This document shows positions 9,548 to 18,134 of a stretch of 64,000 nt of DNA, in pieces. The position numbers were made by a program, and so were the translations under genes. The stretch lies in assembly GCA_934591895.1 (NCBI GenBank), contig CAKTPP010000004.1:81582-145581 (forward strand), read 5' to 3'. The stretch's first letter is position 1; every line of letters starts with the position of its first letter. The notes under the pieces are model-generated. The model was not told where the DNA came from. It saw nothing but the letters and a program-made list of their open reading frames with translations, and made no database searches. This stretch comes from an uncultured Oscillospiraceae bacterium. GTDB lineage: Bacteria; Bacillota; Clostridia; Oscillospirales; Oscillospiraceae.

Positions 9548-9781
9548 ATGGAGCAATATCCACGGCTGCGCGATCTGCGCGAGGACGCCGATCTCACACA
9601 GGCGCAGGTCGGACAGGCGCTGCACCTGACGCAGCGGGCATATGCTTATTATGAGAGCGGGCAGCGGATGCTGCCGCCGCAGGTGCTGTGTGCGCTGGCG
9701 CGGCTTTACGGCGTGAGCGTGGACTATCTGCTTGGTGAGACGGATGTGCGCACGCGCTACCCGGCGGCGAAAAAGCCGTGA
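9548..9781 (+). CDS. XRE-family helix-turn-helix transcriptional regulator
   Basis: 77 aa. The segment LTQAQVGQALHLTQRAYAYYESGQRMLPPQVLCALARLYGVSVDYLLG is a canonical HTH_3 (Cro/C1) domain. Confidence 0.85.
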   Translation: MEQYPRLRDLREDADLTQAQVGQALHLTQRAYAYYESGQRMLPPQVLCALARLYGVSVDYLLGETDVRTRYPAAKKP

Positions 9782-9888
9782 GGGCTGCGGCGCGCCGAGC
9801 CGTTTGACGCAAGCGCGCAGGGCATTTTCCGACGCACGCAGAAAACGGGGCTGACCGGTCGGTCAGCCCCGTTTCGTTATGCGGGTGT

Positions 9889-10329
9889 TTACTCGATCTC
9901 GACGACGCCGCCGTCGAGGATGCGCACGGTCTGCCCCGTCTGCACGGCGGCGAGAAATTCGTCGCCGAGGCAGTCGATGACCGGCATGTCGGCGTCTGTC
10001 CACACGGACGCAAGGATCGCGCCCGAGGCCGCCAGCGAGTCGATGTGCTTGGAAAAGAGCAGGCACGCCGGCTGCTTTCCGGAGGCGCAGGCGGTGTAGA
10101 GCACCATGCCGCCGGTGGTCGAGCCGATGGTCTCCGGCAGGCACAGCGCCTTGCCGAGCATTGGCTTTTTGTACAGGTCGGGGTTGTTCTGGTCGCCGCA
10201 TTTGACCTGCTTGTCGTGGAACATCAAGGCCATCTGATAGCTGGCGAGCGTGTTGAAGCCGCCGTGCGACACGAGCGCTTGCGCCTCACACGTGCCGGGG
10301 CAGATGACGCGGCCCTGAAACTGTTTCAT
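9889..10329 (-). CDS. aconitase X swivel-domain subunit (DUF126)
   Basis: 146 aa. MKQFQGRVICPGTCEAQALVS...GGTTGG pattern typical of the AcnX small subunit. Lies 1 nt downstream of the DUF521 gene. Confidence 0.75.
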   Translation of the reverse strand: MKQFQGRVICPGTCEAQALVSHGGFNTLASYQMALMFHDKQVKCGDQNNPDLYKKPMLGKALCLPETIGSTTGGMVLYTACASGKQPACLLFSKHIDSLAASGAILASVWTDADMPVIDCLGDEFLAAVQTGQTVRILDGGVVEIE

Positions 10330-10330
10330 C

Positions 10331-11605
10331 TTACTTCGCCCCCTTTGTAATCATGGTGATGATCTCGTCCTCGGTGTAGTAGCGCGCGGTCGTGTACGTG
10401 CGCAGCTTGTTCGACGAGGTGATGACGGGCATGGCCTTGCTGAGCGGGTTGTTCATGTACATGAGCGGGCAGATGTAGCTGAGCACGACGCCGGTGCTGC
10501 GCAGGCGGGCGGCATACTGCGTCTTTTCAAACTCCTCGATGACGGCGGGCGCGGCGGTGAACACCGTCGGGATGCAGACCTTGCTCTGCCCGTGTGCCCG
10601 CAGACCCGCCTCGACGCGTTCGGTCGTGTCGATGAGCTGCTGCAGCGTCATGTGCGGGCAGCCCATGAAGCACAGCTTCGGCCTGGCGTTGAGGTTTTTC
10701 CACACGCACGGGTAGCTCTCGCGCACGCGCCGCAGCTCCGCATCGTCGATGACGTACACCGGTGCGCCGTCGCGGATGAGCGCCTCGCCCTGCTGCACGG
10801 CCTCGGGCGTGAGGTGCTCGATGTGGTACAGGCCGACGGCGCCGTTGGACGCGGTGGCCGCGCCGAAGTCCTTGAGATAGGTGATGGCTTCGTCGTTGAT
10901 CTCCGTGCCGAGCCACTGGTCAAGCCCCTTGATATACGGCACTTTTTCCATGACCTTCATGCCGATGGCGGAGCCGAGCAGCTGCGGCTCGGGCTTTTTC
11001 GTCGTGCGCACCTCAACGATCCAGTCGGCGCGGCGGCCGTCGTCGGTCAGAAAGCCGAAGTACGGCACGCAGCCCGCGATCGAGCCCATGAGCTCGATCA
11101 TGCCGGAGTTGCGGTTGCAGCGCGCGCCGAGCACGCTGTTGGCGTAGACCACGGCGGACGATTCCGCCCACGAGAGCACCTCGCCCTGCTTGGGCTTGTT
11201 GCCCACCTCGTCGAGGTAGCAGGTGCAGGTGTAGTCCTTGTCGCTGAGGATGCCGAGTCTGCGCAGCTGCTGCTCGTAGCGCGCCTGCTGCTTGTACATG
11301 AACTTGCGGAACACCAGATCCTGTAGCGGATTCGAGGGGACGTTTTTATCGAGCGGGAGCGGGTCTGCGGTGAACTTCTGGGCGCTGAACGCGCCGGCTT
11401 CGATGAGCTGATCGTACAGGTCGTAGACCGGCTTCATGGCGTTGATGCCGAAGCTGATGACCGTGTGGCCGTAGGTGCTCGTGATGGGCACCATTTTTTC
11501 CGCGCCGAAGGCATCGCCGTACATGACGAGCGTTTTCATGACCTTGGCCATGACGGCGCCCTTGCTGCCGTCGAGCACGGCCTGCTGTTCGGGTGTCAGT
11601 TGCAT
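10331..11605 (-). CDS. aconitase X catalytic subunit (DUF521)
   Basis: 424 aa. The N-terminal LTPEQQAVLDGSKGAVMAKVMKTLVMYGDAFGAEKMVPI is characteristic of DUF521/AcnX large subunits. GGAGG RBS. Confidence 0.75.
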   Translation of the reverse strand: MQLTPEQQAVLDGSKGAVMAKVMKTLVMYGDAFGAEKMVPITSTYGHTVISFGINAMKPVYDLYDQLIEAGAFSAQKFTADPLPLDKNVPSNPLQDLVFRKFMYKQQARYEQQLRRLGILSDKDYTCTCYLDEVGNKPKQGEVLSWAESSAVVYANSVLGARCNRNSGMIELMGSIAGCVPYFGFLTDDGRRADWIVEVRTTKKPEPQLLGSAIGMKVMEKVPYIKGLDQWLGTEINDEAITYLKDFGAATASNGAVGLYHIEHLTPEAVQQGEALIRDGAPVYVIDDAELRRVRESYPCVWKNLNARPKLCFMGCPHMTLQQLIDTTERVEAGLRAHGQSKVCIPTVFTAAPAVIEEFEKTQYAARLRSTGVVLSYICPLMYMNNPLSKAMPVITSSNKLRTYTTARYYTEDEIITMITKGAK

Positions 11606-11781
11606 GAGATCGACCTCCTTATGAACTCACTTGCTGTGAATTTCTTAACAGAAATTATAGACCCATTCGGGCAAAAGCGCAAGGGGATATCGGGACAAGT
11701 ATGCAAAGCGGCGCAAAAAATCCCCGCCAGCACCCTGCCGCTTAGCGGGTTCTGCACGAGGGGAAATACGCGAAAAAGCGC

Positions 11782-11810
11782 TTGACGAAAGAACCAAAAG
11801 TTGTCATACT
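11782..11810 (+). promoter_or_regulatory. sigma-70-type promoter candidate for the orphan gene
   Basis: TTGACG (11782-11787), 17-nt spacer, CATACT (11805-11810). Confidence 0.45.
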
Positions 11811-11870
11811 GAAATTGGCGCGATTTTTACACTGCCTGTTGAGAAAATATATCACAACGGAGGTACGGAT

Positions 11871-13028
11871 ATGAATGAACTTATCAATAAGGACCATTTC
11901 CTGCAAATGATGGCCACGACAGAGGTCGCGCCGGCGGCGCTTAAAACCGAATTGAATGTGCAGTCATATGGGAAGCTGCCTCTGTCGCAGCTGGCTGCCT
12001 TGGGGGTTGGATTTGAGCCGGTCGTGTCGGCAATCCAGCAGATCACAAATCATGGACAGGCGGTGAGCGGCTACTATAAGGTGACAATTCCAGAGGGAAC
12101 ACATCTCGCAAGTTTTCGAGATGGGAGCGGCTTTTTAGGAACCGCTCTGGGTGACGTGACAAACAGCTTCGACGCACAAGCTCGCCTGAATCCGCTGATT
12201 TGCAATCCGACGCTGCTGTTTGCTGCAGCCACACTTATGAGTATGGAGCGGAAGCTGGATGCAATACAGGAGACGCAGCGAGAAATGATGGATTTCTTGC
12301 TGCAAAAAGAAATTTCCAAGCAAAAAGGAGATTTGGATTTTTTGTCGGATGTGCTTGCGAACTACAGGTTCAACTGGAACAACGATAAGTTTAAGACGGC
12401 AAATCACAGTCAGGTGTTAGCAATCCGGCGCGAAGCAGGGCAGCAGGTGGACTTTTTCCGAGAGCAAGTAAAAAAGAACTTTCTGAAAGGTGGATTTCTG
12501 CCCGCGGCTCGGGATGTGCAAAAGCAACTGGATGAACTGACGAGGGCGTTTCAGAGTTACCAGTTGGCTCTATATCTGTATGGGTATGCATATTTTCTGG
12601 AGATTTTGCTGCAGGAAAGCTTTGATTCCGAGTATTTGAATGCCGCAGCCGCCAAGCTGGAGCAGATGTCTCTTGCGTACCGCGAATTATACACAGAGGC
12701 TTATGAATGCATAGAGAAACGCACAAAATCGTCTCCTGAAGCATATATGCTTCGCGGCGTATCGTCTGCAAGTAAGGTGTTTGGCGAAACGATTGCCAAG
12801 CTGCCGGTTATCAGCCGGACACAAGTGGACGAATCACTTATCGGCGCCGGTCAGAAGATTGGGGACTACGAGAAAAAGCGTGCTGCCGAGAAGATGCGGC
12901 AGCTTGTGGAGCATCAGAACAGCTGTGTTCATCCGTTCATTGATCAGCTGCAATCCATGAACAGGATTTATCACGGCGAACTTACTCTGATCTTCAATGA
13001 CGAGACGCTCTATTTAGGAACGGCCTGA
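11871..13028 (+). CDS. orphan hypothetical protein, 385 aa, compositionally foreign
   Basis: Long ORF with a GGAGG RBS 8 nt upstream. Visibly A/T-rich third codon positions, unlike all neighbours. No recognisable catalytic motif or family. Predicted mostly helical after residue 130. Confidence 0.8.
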   Translation: MNELINKDHFLQMMATTEVAPAALKTELNVQSYGKLPLSQLAALGVGFEPVVSAIQQITNHGQAVSGYYKVTIPEGTHLASFRDGSGFLGTALGDVTNSFDAQARLNPLICNPTLLFAAATLMSMERKLDAIQETQREMMDFLLQKEISKQKGDLDFLSDVLANYRFNWNNDKFKTANHSQVLAIRREAGQQVDFFREQVKKNFLKGGFLPAARDVQKQLDELTRAFQSYQLALYLYGYAYFLEILLQESFDSEYLNAAAAKLEQMSLAYRELYTEAYECIEKRTKSSPEAYMLRGVSSASKVFGETIAKLPVISRTQVDESLIGAGQKIGDYEKKRAAEKMRQLVEHQNSCVHPFIDQLQSMNRIYHGELTLIFNDETLYLGTA

Positions 13029-13070
13029 AAAAAGCGGATGATTCCGTAAACCGGAATCATCCGCTTTTTG
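13028..13070. terminator. bidirectional intrinsic terminator
   Basis: AAAAAA, then AGCGGATGATTCCG, loop taaa, then CGGAATCATCCGCT, then TTTT. Lies between the convergent orphan gene and the DMT transporter. Confidence 0.8.
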
Positions 13071-13075
13071 CTGTC

Positions 13076-13999
13076 TTATTTGCTTTCCGCGCGGGCGGTT
13101 TTGGCCGGCAGCGGGATCTGCGCGAGGATCACGGCGAGGAACATCAGCACGCAGCCGAGATATTCGCGCGCGGTCATGCTCTGATGCAGGATGATCGCGC
13201 CCGCGATGACGGCGAACACGCTCTCGAGACTCAGCAGGATGGTGACGACCGTGGGGTTCGAGCCCTTCTGCGCGAGGATCTGCAGCGTGTAGCCCACGCC
13301 GCACGAGAACACGCCCACATACAGCAGCGGCAGCGCGCACGAGAGCAGGGCGGCGGCGTCGACGTGCTCGAAAAACGGGATGCACACGCCCGACCACAGC
13401 GCCGCGAACAGAAACTGCACGCAGCTGAGCTTCACTCCGTCGCACTTGGCGCTGAAGCGGTCGATGACCAGAATGTGCACGGCAAAGCACACCGCGCACA
13501 CGAGCACGAGCAGGTCGCCCGCAGCGAGCCGGAAGCTGCCCTTGATGCACAGCAGGTACAGCGACACGACCGACAGCGCGACCGCGCCCCAGACCGGCGC
13601 GCTGACCTTGCGCCTGAAAAACAGGCCGAACACCGGCACGAGCACCACGTACAGCGCCGTGAGAAAGCCGGCCTTTCCGGCGTCCGTTCCGGCGACGATG
13701 CCGGCCTGCTGGAAGTTCGAGGCGATGGCCAGCGCCGTGCCGCAGCAAAAGCCGCCGAGCCAGAGCTGTCTGCGCGCGGCGCGTTTTTCCTCCGCCGTGG
13801 GCTGCGCGGCGTCCTTATGCACGGCGCCGCGCACCGCAATCAGCACCAGCAGCGCGAGCACGGCGATGGCATAGCGCGCGGCGTTGAAGGTGAACGCGCC
13901 GATCGTGTCGGCGCAGACGTCCTGCGCGACGAAGGCCGTGCCCCAGATGAGCGCGGCGAGGATGGGAAAGACTACTTGACGAATCGGATCCTGTTTCAT
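13076..13999 (-). CDS. DMT-superfamily (EamA-like) transporter
   Basis: Start moved to the ATG at 13999 (MKQDPIRQVVFPILAALIWGTAF...) with a GAGGAG RBS. Ten-TM EamA-type repeat architecture. Confidence 0.85.
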   Translation of the reverse strand: MKQDPIRQVVFPILAALIWGTAFVAQDVCADTIGAFTFNAARYAIAVLALLVLIAVRGAVHKDAAQPTAEEKRAARRQLWLGGFCCGTALAIASNFQQAGIVAGTDAGKAGFLTALYVVLVPVFGLFFRRKVSAPVWGAVALSVVSLYLLCIKGSFRLAAGDLLVLVCAVCFAVHILVIDRFSAKCDGVKLSCVQFLFAALWSGVCIPFFEHVDAAALLSCALPLLYVGVFSCGVGYTLQILAQKGSNPTVVTILLSLESVFAVIAGAIILHQSMTAREYLGCVLMFLAVILAQIPLPAKTARAESK

Positions 14000-14146
14000 A
14001 TGCGGGGTCTCCTCTGAGATGTCGGCGGCAAATACAAAAGCAGTCAGACTCCATCGCCTGACTGCCGGTAGATGCGCACCCGTGCCCATAGCATAGTACA
14101 GGCACGGGCGCTTGTCAATCGGTTTTTTGCTGTAAATCGTGAAATT

Positions 14147-14530
14147 TCACGCCTTATGCGCGCGGCCGCCGCCGTGCATGGCGGCGTGCTCCTTGGCGAT
14201 CTCGGCGTAGAGCGCGGGGGCGGTCCATGCGGCGTTCGTGTCCGTCAGCACGGCCTTGAGTGCGACGGGCGGGACGTGCGCGGCGCGAAGCCCCTGCAGC
14301 AGCCCCTCGAGCATGCCGGGGCGAAGGTGCGCCAGGACGAGCATCTCCCCCGGGAGCGGGGCGGCGGGGGCGTCCGGATTCCGCGGCAGCACACCGGCCA
14401 GCGCGCCGATCGGCTGGCCGAAATCGGCCGGATCGACCGCCTGCACCCGGATGCCGAGCCGCAGGCACACGACCTGCATTTTCCCGAGCTTTCCGGGCTC
14501 GATTTGATAGGCGAGAAGGGTGGGGGTCAT
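14147..14530 (-). CDS. DUF3783-family protein
   Basis: 127 aa. The pattern LLAYQIEPGKLGKMQVVCLRLGIRVQAVDPADFGQPIGALAG matches DUF3783 proteins of Clostridia. Confidence 0.7.
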   Translation of the reverse strand: MTPTLLAYQIEPGKLGKMQVVCLRLGIRVQAVDPADFGQPIGALAGVLPRNPDAPAAPLPGEMLVLAHLRPGMLEGLLQGLRAAHVPPVALKAVLTDTNAAWTAPALYAEIAKEHAAMHGGGRAHKA

Positions 14531-14531
14531 G

Positions 14532-14810
14532 TCAGATCACCTGCTTCCAGATCAGAATGAGATACACCACGGCCGCGCACTGCACGCCGAGCAGCGCGGG
14601 AAAGCCGAAGCGAAACGCCCTGTGCTTCGTCTTGTGGTGAAATACGCGCATGCCGAGCGTCCCGCCGAGCGCGCCGCCGAGCGCGGCGAGGGCGAAGAGC
14701 GTGCTCTCCGCGATGCGCCATTTGCCTGCGCGCGCCTTTGCCTTGTCGATGCCCATGGCGGCGAAGGCGATGACGTTGACGGCGGCAAGGTAGACGAAGA
14801 GATAGCTCAT
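14532..14810 (-). CDS. DUF1294-family membrane protein
   Basis: 92 aa. Motif IDKAKARAGKWRIAESTLFALAALGGALGGTLGMRVFHHKTKH. Overlaps the ygiQ stop by 4 nt. Confidence 0.8.
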   Translation of the reverse strand: MSYLFVYLAAVNVIAFAAMGIDKAKARAGKWRIAESTLFALAALGGALGGTLGMRVFHHKTKHRAFRFGFPALLGVQCAAVVYLILIWKQVI

Positions 14811-16837
14811 CGGCGGCCGCCTTTCGCGCCGGATCTTCCGGACTTACTGCCGGGCTTGCCGCCCGGTTTTCCGGAGGGGGCGGGCTTGGCGGCTCTGCCG
14901 GACCTGCCGGACTTTCCGCTCCCGGCGTTCTGCGCGCCGCGGGCGGCTGCGGGCTTTTTGCCGCCGCCGTAGACCTTGCCGTATTTGCGCTGGGGCGGCT
15001 GTGGCTCGGCGGGTTTGGGCTGCCTGCGCCGGTCGGCCATCGGGCGCACGAGGCAGTCCTTGCCGAAGCCGATCAGATCCTCGCGCCCGGCCTCGTGCAG
15101 CGCCTGAATGACGAGGCGGCGCTTATCCGGGCGGCGCCACTGCAGCAGCGCGCGCTGCATGTCCTTTTCGTGCGGCGTCTTGGCGACGTAGACCGGCTTC
15201 ATCGTGCGAGGGTCGATGCCGGTGTGGTACATGCAGGTGCTGATCGTGCCGGGCGTGGGGTAAAAATCCTGCACCTGCTCGGGCTGGCGGCCGCGGCGGT
15301 TGAGATATTCCGCGAGCGCCACGGCGTCGGCAAGCGTGCTGCCGGGGTGCGAGCTCATGAGGTACGGTACGACGTACTGTTCCTTTTCGTACTTGTTGTT
15401 GAGCCGGCGGTATTCGTCCATGAAGCGCTCATACGTGCCGATGTGGGGCTTGCCCATGTAGTCGAGCACGGCGTCGATGCAGTGCTCGGGCGCGACCTTG
15501 AGCTGGCCGGAGATGTGGTAGCGCACGAGCTCGCGGAAGAACGCGTCGTTGTCGTCGCAGAGCATATAGTCGTAGCGGATGCCGCTGCGCACGAACACCT
15601 TCTTTACGCCGGGGATCTGGCGCAGCTTGCGCAGCAGGGCGAGATAGTCCGAGTGGTCGGCGTCGATGTTCGGGCACGGCGTCGGCGCAAGGCACAGCCG
15701 GTTCGGGCACATGCCGCGCTCTTTCTGCTGCTTGCACGACGGGTGGCGGAAATTCGCCGACGGACCGCCGACATCGGACACGTAGCCCTTCCAGAGCGGG
15801 TGATGCGTCATGGCCTCGACCTCGCGGATGACGCTCGCGTGGCTGCGGCTTGTGATCATGCGTCCCTGATGGAACGCCAGCGCGCAGAAATTGCACCCGC
15901 CGAAGCAGCCGCGGTTGTGGATGACGCTGAAGCGCACCTCCTCGATCGCGGGCACGCCGCCGAGCGGCTCGTACATCGGGTGCCACTCGCGGGTGTAGGG
16001 CAGGTCGGCCACGCGGTCAAGCTCCCTGGTGTCGAGCGGCATGGCGGGCGGGTTGATGACGAGATAGCGCCCCTCGCACGGCTGGATCATGGCGCGGCCG
16101 CGCACGGGGTCGTGCTCGGCGTATTCGGTGCGCGTGGCCTCGGCATAGAGGCGCTTGTCATCACGCACGTCCTCATACGACGGGAGCGTGATGTGCTCGA
16201 ATGCGCACGTCTCCGGGTCGCGCGTGATATAGCCCGTGCCGGGGATGTCGGTCATGGTGCGCACGGACTGCTTTTTCCTGAGCCGGTGCGCGATCTCGAT
16301 CGTCGCGGCCTCGCCCATGCCGTAGACCAGCAGGTCGGCCGGAGCGTCAAAGAGAATGGCGCGGCGCACCTGATCGTCCCAGTAGTCGTAGTGCGCAAAG
16401 CGGCGCAGGCTCGCCTCGAGCGAGCCGAGAATGATCGGCATATCGGGGCCGAAGGCCTCGCGCGCGCGGTTGCAGTAGACGATGGCGGCGCGGTCGGGGC
16501 GGCAGCCGGTGCGCTTGCCGGGGGAGTAAAAGTCCTCGCTGCGGCGGCGCTTTGCGGCGGTGTAGTGCGCGACCATGGAGTCAAGATTGCCCGCGCCGAT
16601 GAACACGCCCAGCCGCGGCCGGCCCATGGCGCGGAAGGCCTCCGCATCGTGCCAGTCCGGCTGCGCGAGCACGGCCACGCGCAGACCCTCGGCCTCGAGC
16701 ACGCGGCTGATGACCGCCGTGCCGAAGCTTGGGTGGTCGACATAGGCGTCGCCGCCGACGACGAGCGCATCGTACCACCACCAGCCGCGCTCGTGCATCT
16801 CCTCGGCGGAGACGGGCAGGAAATCACACCGATCCAT
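14807..16837 (-). CDS. ygiQ: YgiQ-family radical SAM protein (UPF0313) with a Lys/Gly-rich C-terminal tail
   Basis: 676 aa. N-terminal FLPVSAEEMHERGW...VVGGDAYVDHPSFG and the CGGCNFC radical-SAM cysteine triad. The basic low-complexity tail covers the last ~80 residues. Confidence 0.9.
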   Translation of the reverse strand: MDRCDFLPVSAEEMHERGWWWYDALVVGGDAYVDHPSFGTAVISRVLEAEGLRVAVLAQPDWHDAEAFRAMGRPRLGVFIGAGNLDSMVAHYTAAKRRRSEDFYSPGKRTGCRPDRAAIVYCNRAREAFGPDMPIILGSLEASLRRFAHYDYWDDQVRRAILFDAPADLLVYGMGEAATIEIAHRLRKKQSVRTMTDIPGTGYITRDPETCAFEHITLPSYEDVRDDKRLYAEATRTEYAEHDPVRGRAMIQPCEGRYLVINPPAMPLDTRELDRVADLPYTREWHPMYEPLGGVPAIEEVRFSVIHNRGCFGGCNFCALAFHQGRMITSRSHASVIREVEAMTHHPLWKGYVSDVGGPSANFRHPSCKQQKERGMCPNRLCLAPTPCPNIDADHSDYLALLRKLRQIPGVKKVFVRSGIRYDYMLCDDNDAFFRELVRYHISGQLKVAPEHCIDAVLDYMGKPHIGTYERFMDEYRRLNNKYEKEQYVVPYLMSSHPGSTLADAVALAEYLNRRGRQPEQVQDFYPTPGTISTCMYHTGIDPRTMKPVYVAKTPHEKDMQRALLQWRRPDKRRLVIQALHEAGREDLIGFGKDCLVRPMADRRRQPKPAEPQPPQRKYGKVYGGGKKPAAARGAQNAGSGKSGRSGRAAKPAPSGKPGGKPGSKSGRSGAKGGRR

Positions 16838-17987
16838 GCGTCACCGTCCTGTGGATGAGCCGCCCCATGAGCAGCAGGCGCTCGCGCACGCCGGGGTCGC
16901 GCCCGATCTGCGTGAAGCCGCTGCGCCGGTAAAAGTCAATGGCGCGGGCGTTGTTTTCCGACACGTGCAGGCGCACGGCGTTGCGGTCATGATTCTCATA
17001 AAACCAGAACGCGTAGCCCAGCAGCTGGATCGCCCAGCCGCGGCCGCGGTATTCCGGCAGCATATACAGCAGACTGATCCAGCCGCAGCCGGCCTGCTCG
17101 TCGCGCGCGGGGTCGAGCTCGACCAGACCGACCACGCGGTCCCCGCTCAGGGCGCGCACGACGGAGCCGGGGTGCTCCTGCGCGTGGCGGGCTGCGCTGC
17201 GGGCGTAGAGCCCAGGCACGAAGTCCGCGTCCGAGCCGTGCACGTTGCACCACGCATCGCGGTAGCACTGCAGGTAAAACGCCTCGTCGCGCGGGAAACG
17301 CAGCGGCTCATAGCGCAGATCCTCCACGCCGCTGCCGGTGCCGTGCCACCAGGTCTGGCGGCCGAACGTGCTCAGCGCGGGCGGGAGATGGCGGTTGTCG
17401 TTATAATACTCCACGGTCGTGTTGTCCCCGTCGACGAGCAGCAGGCTCACGGACGTGTTGTCGCCGTAGGGCAGGGTGGACATCTCGCTGTTCGGGATGC
17501 CCAGCACGGTGCACAGATAGGCGCGGATGGCCATGCCGTGGCTCACGACGGCGACGGTCTGCCCGTCGTGCCGCGCGGCGAGGTCCCGGATCGCGCGCGT
17601 CATGCGCTTTTGCACCTCGCGTATCGGCTCGCAGCCGGGCACGGACCACCGATCGGGGTCGGTGTTGAAGCAGCGCATCTGCTCGGGAAACTCGTGCTCC
17701 ACGTCGCCCCATGCGCGGCCCTCCCACACGCCCATGCAGACCTCCGTCAGGCGCGGCGTGGTCACGGTCGGGATGTCGTGATAGCGCGAGATCGCCTCGG
17801 CCGTCGCGCGCGCGCGCGACAGGTTGCTGCAGTAGAGCGCGTCGATGTGCTCGTGCCGGAACCGCTGCGCGAGCGCGTCGATCTGCTGCAGGCCGAGCGC
17901 GGTGATGCTGCCGTCCCAATGCCCCTGGATGCGGCGGTAGAGATTGCCCTCCGCCTCCGCGTGCCGGATCAGATAAATTTTCGTCAT
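16824..17987 (-). CDS. histidine phosphatase (PGAM-like) fused to a GNAT acetyltransferase domain
   Basis: Start at the ATG at 17987 (MTKIYLIRHAEAEGN, the RHG catalytic motif) with a GGAGG RBS. The C-terminal half carries a GNAT-like RGRGWAIQLL motif. Overlaps the ygiQ start by 14 nt. Confidence 0.8.
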   Translation of the reverse strand: MTKIYLIRHAEAEGNLYRRIQGHWDGSITALGLQQIDALAQRFRHEHIDALYCSNLSRARATAEAISRYHDIPTVTTPRLTEVCMGVWEGRAWGDVEHEFPEQMRCFNTDPDRWSVPGCEPIREVQKRMTRAIRDLAARHDGQTVAVVSHGMAIRAYLCTVLGIPNSEMSTLPYGDNTSVSLLLVDGDNTTVEYYNDNRHLPPALSTFGRQTWWHGTGSGVEDLRYEPLRFPRDEAFYLQCYRDAWCNVHGSDADFVPGLYARSAARHAQEHPGSVVRALSGDRVVGLVELDPARDEQAGCGWISLLYMLPEYRGRGWAIQLLGYAFWFYENHDRNAVRLHVSENNARAIDFYRRSGFTQIGRDPGVRERLLLMGRLIHRTVTHGSV

Positions 17988-18134
17988 TGCGCGCCTCCAA
18001 AACTTGACCATAGTGGAATGATACAGTATAATAATTTGAATCCGCATATGTCATTTGTGCGGGAATGTGTCAATGCCTGTACGCACGCATTATACCGTGT
18101 TTTTGCGGTGCGCACAAGTGCTTTGGAGGGCAAA

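Noticed and set aside
9800-9852. Possible seventh, collapsed remnant of the repeat family (CATTTTCCGACGCACGCAGAAAACGG)
   Set aside because: Only a 5-bp TTTTC/GAAAA stem and a few loop bases resemble the central hairpin, which is too short to separate from chance by eye. It would need a covariance-model score.
11772-13036. Direct repeat GAAAAAGCG flanking the low-GC orphan gene as a possible att or target duplication
   Set aside because: The match is only 9 nt with an indel, in A-rich sequence next to a terminator, so it is not distinguishable from chance.
16836-18134. N-terminal third of the 1174-aa plus-strand ORF
   Set aside because: This part is antisense to the histidine phosphatase-GNAT gene and reads as low-complexity Ala/Arg sequence. 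The genuine GT4 domain begins at the GTG at 18135, right after GGAGGG.
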